NCBI GenBank assembly: GCA_012270885.1
Contig: JAAXHN010000009.1
Location: 48,571-112,570 of the forward strand
DNA from: Acidimicrobiia bacterium
Lineage (GTDB): Bacteria > Actinomycetota > Acidimicrobiia > Spongiisociales > ZC4RG35
Direction of reading: 5' to 3'
DNA length: 64,000 bases
Shown here: positions 46,979-55,407 of the stretch, piece after piece
Numbering within the stretch: position 1 is the first letter of the stretch
How the letters are laid out: each line of letters starts with the position of its first letter
The notes under the pieces: model-generated
What the model was told of the DNA's origin: nothing
Databases searched by the model: none
The model's input: only the letters and a program-made list of their open reading frames with translations
Position numbers and translations under genes: made by a program

Positions 46979-47756
46979 CGACGAATGCCTTGAAGAGAGG
47001 GAGCCCCCGCGCCCCGGGCGGCCCCCCGGGCCGTTGCCAGTCGACCACGTGGTCCTCGGGATGCGGCATGAGCCCGACTACCGCCCCGGTGGCGTCGCAG
47101 AGACCGGCGATGTCACCTACCGAGCCGTTGGGATTGGCCGGATACAGACCGCCCGCCACCCGGTCCCCGCCTTGCTGGCCGTCCCCCGACAGGTAACGGA
47201 AGGCGATCCTTCTCTCGGCCTCGAGGATGCCGACTACCTCGGGATCGCTCACCGCCACCCGGCCCTCCCCATGGGCCACCGGGCAGCGGATCTTCATACC
47301 CGCCAGGGAGCCGAGCCAGCCGGACCGGAACACCGGCTCGACGCGCAACGTCACCCACCGGCATTCGAAGCGTCCGTTGGCATTGTCGGTGAGCGTGACT
47401 CCCAGTCGCCCTTCCGGTCCGCTCGATTCCCCCAGCAGGCCGGATTTGAGCAGCGCCTGGAAACCGTTGCAGATTCCCAGCACGGGCCGCCCCAACCGGA
47501 CCGAGTTGGCAAGTTCCTCGTACAACCACGTGCGCATCTCGAGAGCCAGACGCACTCCGGCTCCCAGTGCGTCGCCATACGAGAACCCGCCCGGCAGCAC
47601 CAGGCCGCCGAAATCGGACATCGAGGCAACCCCTCTGCGGAGGTCGGTCATGGAAACGATGCGCGGGTCGCCTCCGGCCAACTCCACAGCCACAGCCGCC
47701 TCGGCGTCGCGGTTGGTTCCCGGCGCGTGAAGGATGAGGATCGGTGGCGAGGTCAC
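46965..47756 (-). CDS. purQ: FGAM synthase glutaminase subunit
   Basis: The GTG start overlaps the purL stop (GTGA). It has ILILHAPGTNRD, the catalytic Cys in GICNGFQ, and MPHPE. Confidence 0.85.
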   Translation of the reverse strand: MTSPPILILHAPGTNRDAEAAVAVELAGGDPRIVSMTDLRRGVASMSDFGGLVLPGGFSYGDALGAGVRLALEMRTWLYEELANSVRLGRPVLGICNGFQALLKSGLLGESSGPEGRLGVTLTDNANGRFECRWVTLRVEPVFRSGWLGSLAGMKIRCPVAHGEGRVAVSDPEVVGILEAERRIAFRYLSGDGQQGGDRVAGGLYPANPNGSVGDIAGLCDATGAVVGLMPHPEDHVVDWQRPGGPPGARGLPLFKAFVDAAR

Positions 47757-50608
47757 GACTCTCGACTCCGACCGGTGAAGGCCCGCACGGCTGAATCGAG
47801 GCTGATTGAAACCGGCTCTCGGTGAAGCGGTTGCGGCTCGGCCGCCCCTGCGACGGCGATCTCGATCGAGGAACTCCCGGTCACCACACCGATGCGACGA
47901 CCCAGCGGGCCGAGCCGGGCCGCAAGGTGGCCGCGCCTTGCCGGGGGCGACTCCAACAACAGCCGGCCGACCGCCTCGTTGGTGAGGGCGGCGAGGATAC
48001 CTCCTGATCCCGCCGCAGGGACGGTTGCCTCGACCCCGAGCCTTCCACCGATGGCCATTTCTGCGATCGCCACCGCGATGCCCCCGTCGCTCACATCGTG
48101 GGCGGCTGTCACGCTGCCGTCGGCGATCAGGCGATGAACAGCGATGTAGCGCTCCAGCGGCTCGTCCAAGGTCGGCGGCACCCGACGGTCGCAGATCCCC
48201 AGCAGGTCGTCGACGAGAGAGCCGCCGAGTCGGTCCGACGGGTCGCCGACCAGCCAGAGATCGCACCCGGCCCGGGTGAATGCGCTGGCAACCGTCCGGT
48301 GTAGGTCGGGTACCAGTCCGAGGGCCGAGATGAGCAGAGTGCCGGGGATTGGCTCTCCCGCGTATTCGTTGAACAGGCTGTCCTTCCCGGAAATGAACGG
48401 CATGCGGTAGCGGCGCGCTCCCTCCAAGCATCCCTCCAGCGCCCTGACCAGCGATCCGAGCCGGTCGGGTTTGGTGGGGTCGCCCCAGCAGAAATTGTCG
48501 AGCAGGGCGACCCTGGCCGGATCGCCCCCCACCGCCACGAGATTCCGGACCGCCTCGTCGATGGCATGCAGCGCCATCGACCAGGGATCGAGACGGCCGA
48601 TACGCGGATTGATACCCACCGACAGGGCAACGGCCGCGTCATGGTGCCAGGTGCCCAGGGGTTTAAGCACCGCGCCGTCCCCCGGGCCATCGGCCCGGAC
48701 GCCGACGAACGGACGGCCTACGGTGCCGCCGCGTACCTCGTGGTCGTAGGTCCGCACGATGGCCTCCTTCGAGGCTACGGTCGGATGGGACAGGAGTTCG
48801 AGGAGCACCCGGGTGGGGTCGACCTCGGGCATCTCCACGGGCTCGGGGACGGGGTCCGCCCACCGCCCGACCATCTCTTTCCGCGGGGCTCCGCGATGGA
48901 GAAATTCCATGGGAAGGTCCACTACCGGCGTTTCACCATGTCGCACCACCAGACGCCCGGTCCCCGTGAACCGTCCGAGGTCGGTCATCTCCACTTCATG
49001 GTGCTCGCACAGCTCCCCCAAAGTTCCAACCCTGCTGCTCGGCACTGCCAGAACCATGCGCTCCTGGGCCTCGGAGAGCCAGATCTCCCACGGTTCCAGG
49101 CCCGCGTACTTGAGGGGCACGCCTGACAGGTCCACTTCGGCTCCGAGATGCTCTCCCATCTCACCGACCGCCGAGGAGAACCCGCCGGCTCCGCAGTCGG
49201 TGATGGCGTGATAGATGCGCAGATCCCGGGCCTGCTCGACCACCTCGATACAACCCTTCTGGGTGATGGGGTCGCCGATCTGTACGGCAGTTCCCGCTTG
49301 CTCGGCGGTGGCTTCGTCCATCCCAGCCGAGGAGAAGGTGGCGCCATGGATGCCGTCCCGGCCGGTTCGGCCTCCGATGGCGATGATCCGATCGCCGGCC
49401 TGCGGTTCGGTGGGATGCGACCCCGAGGGCAGCAAACCCAACGCCCCGCAATAGACGAGCGGGTTGGCGACGTACCCCTCGTCATAGATCACCGCGCCGT
49501 TGACCGTGGGAAGGCCCAGCTTGTTGCCGTAGTCGCCAATACCGGCCACGACGCCGTCGCGCACCCGGCGGGGATGGAGTACGCCCGGGGGCAGGTCACG
49601 GTCGGCAGGGTCGGGTGGACCGAAGCACAGGACGTTCGTGCAGGCGATCGGGCGCGCCGACACCCCCATTACGTCCCGAACCACTCCGCCGATACCCGTA
49701 TTGGCGCCCCCGAAGGGTTCGAGCGCCGATGGATGATTGTGGGTCTCGACTTTGAAGGCGAGATCGAAGTCATTGTCGAAGGCCACGATGCCGGCGTTGT
49801 CGTCGAAGGCGGAGCGCAGCCAGGGTGGGGCAAGTTCCTCCGTGACCTCTCTGAGTGCGGCCAGCAGGCCCTCGTGGGAAGAGATCGCAACCGAGCCGTC
49901 CGACTTCGTGTGTTCCAGGCGGATGCGAGCCCGGAATGTCTTGTGCATGCAGTGTTCCGACCAGGTCTGGGCCAGCGTCTCGAGCTCGGCGTCGGTCGGA
50001 TCCCTTCCTTCACGCTCAAAGTGCTCCTGGATGGCCCTCATCTCCCCAAGGTCCAGGGATAGGAGGCCTTCTCTGCTGAGACGCACCAGATCGGCGTCCC
50101 CCAAACCGGCCAGCTTCACGGTATTGACCTGCGCCTCCCCCGAAGCCGGGGAGTCGAAACAAGGCTGGACCGTGCCAAGCGAATGCAACTCGATGATCTC
50201 GTTGGCCAGCAGCTGCCGGCTTATGGCGGATACGGCCGCCTCGTCGAGATCGCCAATCAACTCGTAACGGCGGGCGGTGGAAGCCCGTAGCGGGGGTAGG
50301 CCCAGGGCGGCCGCTGCTCGTTCCAGCTCCCGAGCCTCCACATCCGTCACTCCCGGACGCGGCGCAACCTCCACCACCGGATAGGAAGTGGGCGAAGGGG
50401 AACCCACAATCACCTCGTTCACGACCGGGTCGATCAGGACTTCTCGACTAAGCCGGTCGATGTCGTCGGCGGGCAGATCGCCCTGCAGGTAATAGACCCT
50501 GCTGACCCGGCAGCCGACCAGACCCATCACTCCAAGCAGGCGAACAAGGTGGACGATTCGGGCCGCTCTCGGGTCGTCGACAGCGGTCACCTCGATACGG
50601 GTCGTCAC
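47753..50608 (-). CDS. purL: FGAM synthase subunit PurL fused to two N-terminal PurS-like repeats (PurS-PurS-PurL)
   Basis: The PurL core is HCMHKTF, ETHNHPSALEPFGGANTGIGGVVRD. The N-terminal ~170 aa contains two PurS-like units (IEVTAV...VSRVYYLQGDL...VLIDPVVNE and VVEVAPRPGVTDVEAREL...RYELIGDLD...QLLANEIIE). The start is GTG 50608 or GTG 50614. The ORF-track start at 51223 is an over-extension. Confidence 0.85.
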   Translation of the reverse strand: MTTRIEVTAVDDPRAARIVHLVRLLGVMGLVGCRVSRVYYLQGDLPADDIDRLSREVLIDPVVNEVIVGSPSPTSYPVVEVAPRPGVTDVEARELERAAAALGLPPLRASTARRYELIGDLDEAAVSAISRQLLANEIIELHSLGTVQPCFDSPASGEAQVNTVKLAGLGDADLVRLSREGLLSLDLGEMRAIQEHFEREGRDPTDAELETLAQTWSEHCMHKTFRARIRLEHTKSDGSVAISSHEGLLAALREVTEELAPPWLRSAFDDNAGIVAFDNDFDLAFKVETHNHPSALEPFGGANTGIGGVVRDVMGVSARPIACTNVLCFGPPDPADRDLPPGVLHPRRVRDGVVAGIGDYGNKLGLPTVNGAVIYDEGYVANPLVYCGALGLLPSGSHPTEPQAGDRIIAIGGRTGRDGIHGATFSSAGMDEATAEQAGTAVQIGDPITQKGCIEVVEQARDLRIYHAITDCGAGGFSSAVGEMGEHLGAEVDLSGVPLKYAGLEPWEIWLSEAQERMVLAVPSSRVGTLGELCEHHEVEMTDLGRFTGTGRLVVRHGETPVVDLPMEFLHRGAPRKEMVGRWADPVPEPVEMPEVDPTRVLLELLSHPTVASKEAIVRTYDHEVRGGTVGRPFVGVRADGPGDGAVLKPLGTWHHDAAVALSVGINPRIGRLDPWSMALHAIDEAVRNLVAVGGDPARVALLDNFCWGDPTKPDRLGSLVRALEGCLEGARRYRMPFISGKDSLFNEYAGEPIPGTLLISALGLVPDLHRTVASAFTRAGCDLWLVGDPSDRLGGSLVDDLLGICDRRVPPTLDEPLERYIAVHRLIADGSVTAAHDVSDGGIAVAIAEMAIGGRLGVEATVPAAGSGGILAALTNEAVGRLLLESPPARRGHLAARLGPLGRRIGVVTGSSSIEIAVAGAAEPQPLHREPVSISLDSAVRAFTGRSRES

Positions 50609-50727
50609 ACACACCGAACTTAGCCGGGGAGAAAGCCGATAAGGTGTATTCCGGGGCGGCCTGGCCGTTGCGCCCTGACGGCTATGCCGGTGATCGCAGC
50701 CGAGCAGACTGCGGAGAGAGCATCGAG

Positions 50728-50836
50728 TGGGATGGCCGCGGTCGGGAACTGCCTTCGATTCCGGCCGGTACCGGATCGGCCGGATCTCCAAACCGAGCCC
50801 CACATTCTCGACCGCCACGTGTTCGCGGAGGGGTAG
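50728..50836 (+). pseudogene. 3'-terminal fragment of the second hpt copy (matches hpt nt 39649-39756), frameshifted
   Basis: tgggatggccgc and ctgccttcgatt are identical to hpt. The last 16 codons give QTEPHILDRHVFAEG* versus ETDPHLLDRHVFAER*, with mostly synonymous differences. A 1-nt length difference breaks the frame between the two conserved blocks. Confidence 0.65.
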
Positions 50837-50848
50837 TATCGGCTGGCG

Positions 50849-51388
50849 ATGGCGGAAAATATTCCCATGGCGATCGACGGTGTCCAGGTCGGGTTCTCCT
50901 CCGCTACGCCGGTGGTGTTGCTCAAGGAGGCCGAGGGGGAGCGTTACCTTCCCATCTGGATCGGGGCGGTCGAGGCCACGGCCATCGTGGCGGCGCTGGA
51001 GGAGATGGTGCCGCCCCGACCCCTCACCCACGACCTGTTGCGGATGGCGGTGGAATCTCTGGGGGCGGAGGTGGACAGAGCGGTAGTTACCGAGGTCCGC
51101 GACAATGTGTTCTACGCTGAGTTGGTGCTGACGACCAGCGGGGGAGAGGTGACGGTCTCCTGTCGTCCTTCGGACGCCATCGCCCTGGCGGTGAGAACCG
51201 AGGCGCCGTTGTTCGCCCACCACGAAGTGCTGGACGAGGCCGGGGTGATGATCAAAGCGGCCGAGGAACCCGAGGAGCAGATCGAGGAATTCCGGCGTTT
51301 CCTGGAGGCCGTCAGCCCGGAGGACTTCTCGTCCGGCGAGCCTTCCGTGGGTCCGGACGATCCCGACCCGGACCCGGCTTCTCCCTGA
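50849..51388 (+). CDS. bifunctional-nuclease-domain (DUF151/BFN) protein, Rv1829-like
   Basis: VVLLKEAEGERYLPIWIGAVEATAI ... RPLTHDLL ... VFYAELVL ... SCRPSDAIALAVR. Confidence 0.8.
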   Translation: MAENIPMAIDGVQVGFSSATPVVLLKEAEGERYLPIWIGAVEATAIVAALEEMVPPRPLTHDLLRMAVESLGAEVDRAVVTEVRDNVFYAELVLTTSGGEVTVSCRPSDAIALAVRTEAPLFAHHEVLDEAGVMIKAAEEPEEQIEEFRRFLEAVSPEDFSSGEPSVGPDDPDPDPASP

Positions 51389-51492
51389 GGGGCGTCCGGC
51401 CGGCTTCGAGAGATGGTTGGAGATGGGGGTCGGAGCCGGTATGGTTGATGCTTTGGAAAGTCACCCATCTGTAATCACAAAGGAGTAAGGCG

Positions 51493-51978
51493 GTGAACCA
51501 AGCCGAGAAGGGCTATCGCGCTCCCCAGGTCTGCCGGATGGTCGGCATCACCTACCGGCAGTTGGACTATTGGGCCCGCACCGGGTTCATGGTGCCCTCC
51601 CTACAGCAGGCCAGGGGGTCGGGCAGCCAACGCCTGTATTCCTTTGCGGACCTGGTGCAACTGAAGGTGATCAAGAAACTCTTGGACGCCGGAATGGACC
51701 TCAGGCGGATCAGGGCGGCCTTCGGGGCGCTGTCCAATCGGAGGAGTTCCTGGAGCTGGGAGGACGGTGAGGTGACCCTGGCATCCGACGGCGCCTCGAT
51801 CTACGCCTTGAAGAGTCCCGAAGAAGTGATCGACCTTCTCCAGAAGGGCCAGGGGGTGTTCGGAGTGGCCTTGGGGCCGCTGGTTGAAGAGATTGCCGGA
51901 GAGGTTCACCAACTGGCCGGGACTACAGACGTCGAGGAGGGGTACTGGACTTCCTCGTCCCGGTCGGAGGTGATCTAG
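51493..51978 (+). CDS. MerR-family transcriptional regulator (Rv1830-like)
   Basis: ITYRQLDYWARTGF..PS...GSGSQRLYSFADLVQLKVIKKLLDAGM. The start is GTG with AAGGAG upstream. Confidence 0.8.
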   Translation: MNQAEKGYRAPQVCRMVGITYRQLDYWARTGFMVPSLQQARGSGSQRLYSFADLVQLKVIKKLLDAGMDLRRIRAAFGALSNRRSSWSWEDGEVTLASDGASIYALKSPEEVIDLLQKGQGVFGVALGPLVEEIAGEVHQLAGTTDVEEGYWTSSSRSEVI

Positions 51979-52057
51979 GCGTCCGAGCCGCCCGGTCGAC
52001 TCCCGACCGCCCGATGCCCTTAGACTACGGATTCGATCGTTGCATCCCCTCAGGACC

Positions 52058-53104
52058 ATGCCACAGTCCCCTCTTCATCACTATCACCAGGAACTCGGCG
52101 CCCGCTTCGTGGACTTCGGAGGTTGGGAGATGCCCCTGTCCTATGGATCCGCCCTGACCGAGCACCGGGCCGTCAGGGAACGGAGCGGATGGTTTGACGT
52201 ATCGCACCTGGGTCGTTTTTCGTGGAGCGGGGAGGGATGGGACTCTGCCCTCTCGAGGCTGCTGTGCAACGACCATGAGCGGATAGGCGCCGGGCAGGCC
52301 CAATACACCATGATCCTCAACTCCCGCGGTGGGGTGATCGATGACCTGATCATCTGGAAGCGCACCGCAGACGAGGTGACGGTCATGCCCAACGGGGTGA
52401 ATCACCTGCGGGTCATGGATGCCTTCAGCTCGGCCGAACCCCGGGCTGACCTCTTGGACCTGCGTCCGGTCACCGTCAGCCTCGCCGTGCAGGGCCCCGA
52501 GGCTCCCTCCCGGGTGGAGGCCCTGCTGGGGAGCGTCCCCCGGCCCTTCAGGGTTAAGAGATCCACCTACCGGGGCGAGGAGGTTTGGGTGGCGGGGACC
52601 GGCTACACCGGAGAGCGGGGAGTGGAACTGGTCACCGATTCCCAGACAGCGGAGACGCTGGCCCGGGATCTGACCGCAGGCGGGGCCATGCCCTGCGGGC
52701 TGGCCTCCCGCGACCTGCTGCGGCTGGAGGCGGGCTTAATGCTCTGGGGTCACGACTTGAATGACGACATCACCCCGCTGGAGGCGGGTTTGGACTGGAC
52801 GGTCCGGTTCAACCGGGACTTCGTGGGCAGACAGGCGTTGGAGCGTTCCAGGAAGGAAGGTCTTCGCCGGAGCATGGTCTCCTTCCGTATGGGTGACAGG
52901 CGCATTCCCCGGGAGGGGTATGCCCTCAGGGCGGGTGGGGCCGCCGGGGCGGTGACCAGTGGCAACTTCAGCCCCATGTTGGGAGTGGGCATCGGGATGG
53001 GATACCTGTCCACGCCTTTTGACGCTTCTTCGGTAGAGGTGGAGATCCGTGGCCGTTGGGTCTCCGCGGAGGTTGTCGAGGGGGCCTTCTACCGCCGGAG
53101 TTGA
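52058..53104 (+). CDS. gcvT: glycine cleavage system aminomethyltransferase
   Basis: HQELGARFVDFGGWEMPLSY ... EHRAVRERSGWFDVSHLGRF. Confidence 0.9.
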   Translation: MPQSPLHHYHQELGARFVDFGGWEMPLSYGSALTEHRAVRERSGWFDVSHLGRFSWSGEGWDSALSRLLCNDHERIGAGQAQYTMILNSRGGVIDDLIIWKRTADEVTVMPNGVNHLRVMDAFSSAEPRADLLDLRPVTVSLAVQGPEAPSRVEALLGSVPRPFRVKRSTYRGEEVWVAGTGYTGERGVELVTDSQTAETLARDLTAGGAMPCGLASRDLLRLEAGLMLWGHDLNDDITPLEAGLDWTVRFNRDFVGRQALERSRKEGLRRSMVSFRMGDRRIPREGYALRAGGAAGAVTSGNFSPMLGVGIGMGYLSTPFDASSVEVEIRGRWVSAEVVEGAFYRRS

Positions 53105-53107
53105 GTT

Positions 53108-53770
53108 GTGGCTCCGACCGAATTTTGGATCTCCGACGGGGTCCCCTCCGAGGTTCTGGCGCGGTGTCTACCGGCTCGGGGAGGTTCGGTCCTGCGCCTC
53201 CCCCTGGTGGGAGGGGTGACCGTGTGGGGAGACCCACCCACCGACGGGGTGAGGGTGGCGGTGGCCTGTCCCAACCGGTTGGGTGTCCACGAGCCCCTGC
53301 CCCCCGGAGAAGGATGGGCGGAGATCTGGTGGTGGTCGGACCCCCTTTGCGCTGCTCGCTCGTACTACCGGGACGCGCCCCGGGTGCGCCGGGTGACCGC
53401 CCCGGTCCCCCTACCGGAGGGACGCTCGGCGAGCGAGGCTTCGGAGCGCTGCCGGCGGGCAGCTGATTACCTGGCCCGCAGGATCCGCCAGCTCCGGGAT
53501 GTTCACATACCATCTGTCCCCTATGGCCGTGGCTTTCCCGTGCTGCTCCCGACCGAACCCGCCCCTCTGCTGGAGGGGGTGGCGGAGGAGCTTTCGGTTC
53601 CCGAACGGCCTGTGGACGGATGGCCCGGGCTGATGGTGTGCGAGGTCGGCTGGTGGCAGACGCGGTCACGGCTGGATGCCCTGGTGGAGACGGTGGCGAG
53701 GGTGGCGAGAGGGAAGAGGTCTCCCCTCCTGGGCCGGAGCGATCGGGTGTGGCCGGCCCAAGGGCTGTGA
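53108..53770 (+). CDS. hypothetical protein; the C-terminal half resembles the C-terminal domain of glycine dehydrogenase subunit 1 (GcvPA)
   Basis: The GTG start lies 4 nt after the gcvT stop. AADYLARRIRQL...GRGFPVLLPTEPAPLLEGVAEE...PGLMVCEVGWWQTRSRLDALVETV follows the GcvPA C-terminal pattern (from memory). The protein is only 220 aa and has no PLP-fold N-terminal part. Confidence 0.4.
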   Translation: MAPTEFWISDGVPSEVLARCLPARGGSVLRLPLVGGVTVWGDPPTDGVRVAVACPNRLGVHEPLPPGEGWAEIWWWSDPLCAARSYYRDAPRVRRVTAPVPLPEGRSASEASERCRRAADYLARRIRQLRDVHIPSVPYGRGFPVLLPTEPAPLLEGVAEELSVPERPVDGWPGLMVCEVGWWQTRSRLDALVETVARVARGKRSPLLGRSDRVWPAQGL

Positions 53771-53772
53771 GG

Positions 53773-54828
53773 CTATCGGGTCCAGGAGGAGACCCGTGCT
53801 CCCTCGGCGAGGTAGGCGGGGACGATCCGCCGCTCCCACAACTCGGCTTTCTGGCGCTCGTCGCAGAACGCCGCCTCCAGGGCCCTTCGCGTGACCCTGG
53901 CGAGATCATCCACCCCGAACCCCTGGTGGTTCACCGCCAGTAGGAACTCGTTGGTGGGCGAAGTGCTGCTCATCAGCCGATTGTCCGTGTTGAGAGTCAC
54001 CGTGAAACCGGCCCGATGCAGCATCCCCACCGGATGGCGCTCCGGTGGCCAGCCTTTGGTGTCCAGGTTTGACTTGATGCAAACCTCAAGGGGAACTCCC
54101 CGCTCCAACACCTCGGTGGCGATCGGTCCCGTCTCCGCTATCTCGCCGGCGGCGACACGGCAGTCCTCTATCACCTCCACCCCGTGACCGATCCGCTCCG
54201 CACCGCATGACAACGCGTCTGCGATGCTGGGAACCCCGGCCGCCTCTCCTGCGTGGAGCGTCACCCTGACGCCCGCGTCCAGGGCCGCCTCGATAGCCGG
54301 CAAGTGCTCCACGGCAGGGTATCCTGCCTCGGGTCCGGCCAGGTCGAAGCCCACCACACCCAGTGGGGATGTCCGGGCAGCCAGGCGAGCCGTCTCCAGA
54401 GAGGTGGAGGTTTGGCGGAGAGAACACAGGATCAGGGACCAGCTCACACCCGTCCTGGCCTCGCCTTCGGAGAGACCTTCGCTCACCGCCTGTACGGCCT
54501 GCGTGGGGCTCATGCCTCCATTGGTGTGGAGGTGGGGCGCGAAGCGGATCTCGGCGTACACCACGGAATGGGAGGAGAGGTCATCCACCGCCTCGGAGGC
54601 CACCCGTCTGAGGGCGTCGGCGTCCTGGGTGACCCCCACCGTGTGGGAGAAGGCTTGCAGGTACCTCTCCAGGCTGTGGGCGCCGGATTGGTGGAACCAA
54701 TCACCCAGCTGGTCGGGCCTCTCCACCGGGAGCCGGTGTCCCGCCTTTTCCGCCAGGCGGTGGAGCGTGCGGGGACGCAGGCTGCCGTCGAGGTGCTCAT
54801 GCAGGATGACTTTGGGAAGGTGACGCAT
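53773..54828 (-). CDS. add: adenosine deaminase
   Basis: KVILHEHLDGSLRP, HAGE, TLNTDNRLMS. ATG 54828 was chosen; the ORF track over-extends to 55428. Confidence 0.9.
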   Translation of the reverse strand: MRHLPKVILHEHLDGSLRPRTLHRLAEKAGHRLPVERPDQLGDWFHQSGAHSLERYLQAFSHTVGVTQDADALRRVASEAVDDLSSHSVVYAEIRFAPHLHTNGGMSPTQAVQAVSEGLSEGEARTGVSWSLILCSLRQTSTSLETARLAARTSPLGVVGFDLAGPEAGYPAVEHLPAIEAALDAGVRVTLHAGEAAGVPSIADALSCGAERIGHGVEVIEDCRVAAGEIAETGPIATEVLERGVPLEVCIKSNLDTKGWPPERHPVGMLHRAGFTVTLNTDNRLMSSTSPTNEFLLAVNHQGFGVDDLARVTRRALEAAFCDERQKAELWERRIVPAYLAEGARVSSWTR

Positions 54829-54879
54829 CGTGGCTTTTTGTCGGAGGCGGTTCGCGCCAACATTAGGGAGGTGGATTAT

Positions 54880-55407
54880 TTGTCGGGACAGCTCCTGGTT
54901 GCCTCGCCCCGGCTGGTGGACCCCAACTTTGTCCGCACAGTGGTGGTGCTGTTGAACCATGATGGCCAGGGTGCGATGGGAGTTGTCATAAACCGTCCGA
55001 GCGAGATGCCGGTCGCCGATTACCTTCCCGAGTGGGTAGACAGACTGGCCCCTCCGGATGTGGTCTTCTACGGCGGTCCGGTGGAGCAGACGGTTGCAAT
55101 CGGGCTCCGGGAGAGTTTCGAAACCGGGGTGAACACCACCCCCGTTCAGGGACTTGGCATGGTCGACCTCGGTGAGGACCAGGAAGACCTGGCGGAAGGC
55201 CGAGTGCGGGTCTTCGCCGGTTATGCCGGGTGGGGGCCCGGCCAACTGGAGGAGGAGATCGAGGAGGAGTCCTGGATCACGGCACCCGCCTTCGCCAGGG
55301 ATGTCTTCTCCCCGGTTCCCGGAGACTTGTGGGCAGCGGTTCTTAGCCGCCAGGGCGGCCAGATCGCCCTCCTGGCCTCCATGCCGCTCGACCCCGAACT
55401 CAACTGA
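54880..55407 (+). CDS. YqgE/AlgH-family (UPF0301) protein
   Basis: LLVASPRLVDPNFVRTVVVLLNHDGQGAMGVVINRP. TTG 54880 lies 9 nt after GGGAGG. Confidence 0.8.
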   Translation: MSGQLLVASPRLVDPNFVRTVVVLLNHDGQGAMGVVINRPSEMPVADYLPEWVDRLAPPDVVFYGGPVEQTVAIGLRESFETGVNTTPVQGLGMVDLGEDQEDLAEGRVRVFAGYAGWGPGQLEEEIEEESWITAPAFARDVFSPVPGDLWAAVLSRQGGQIALLASMPLDPELN

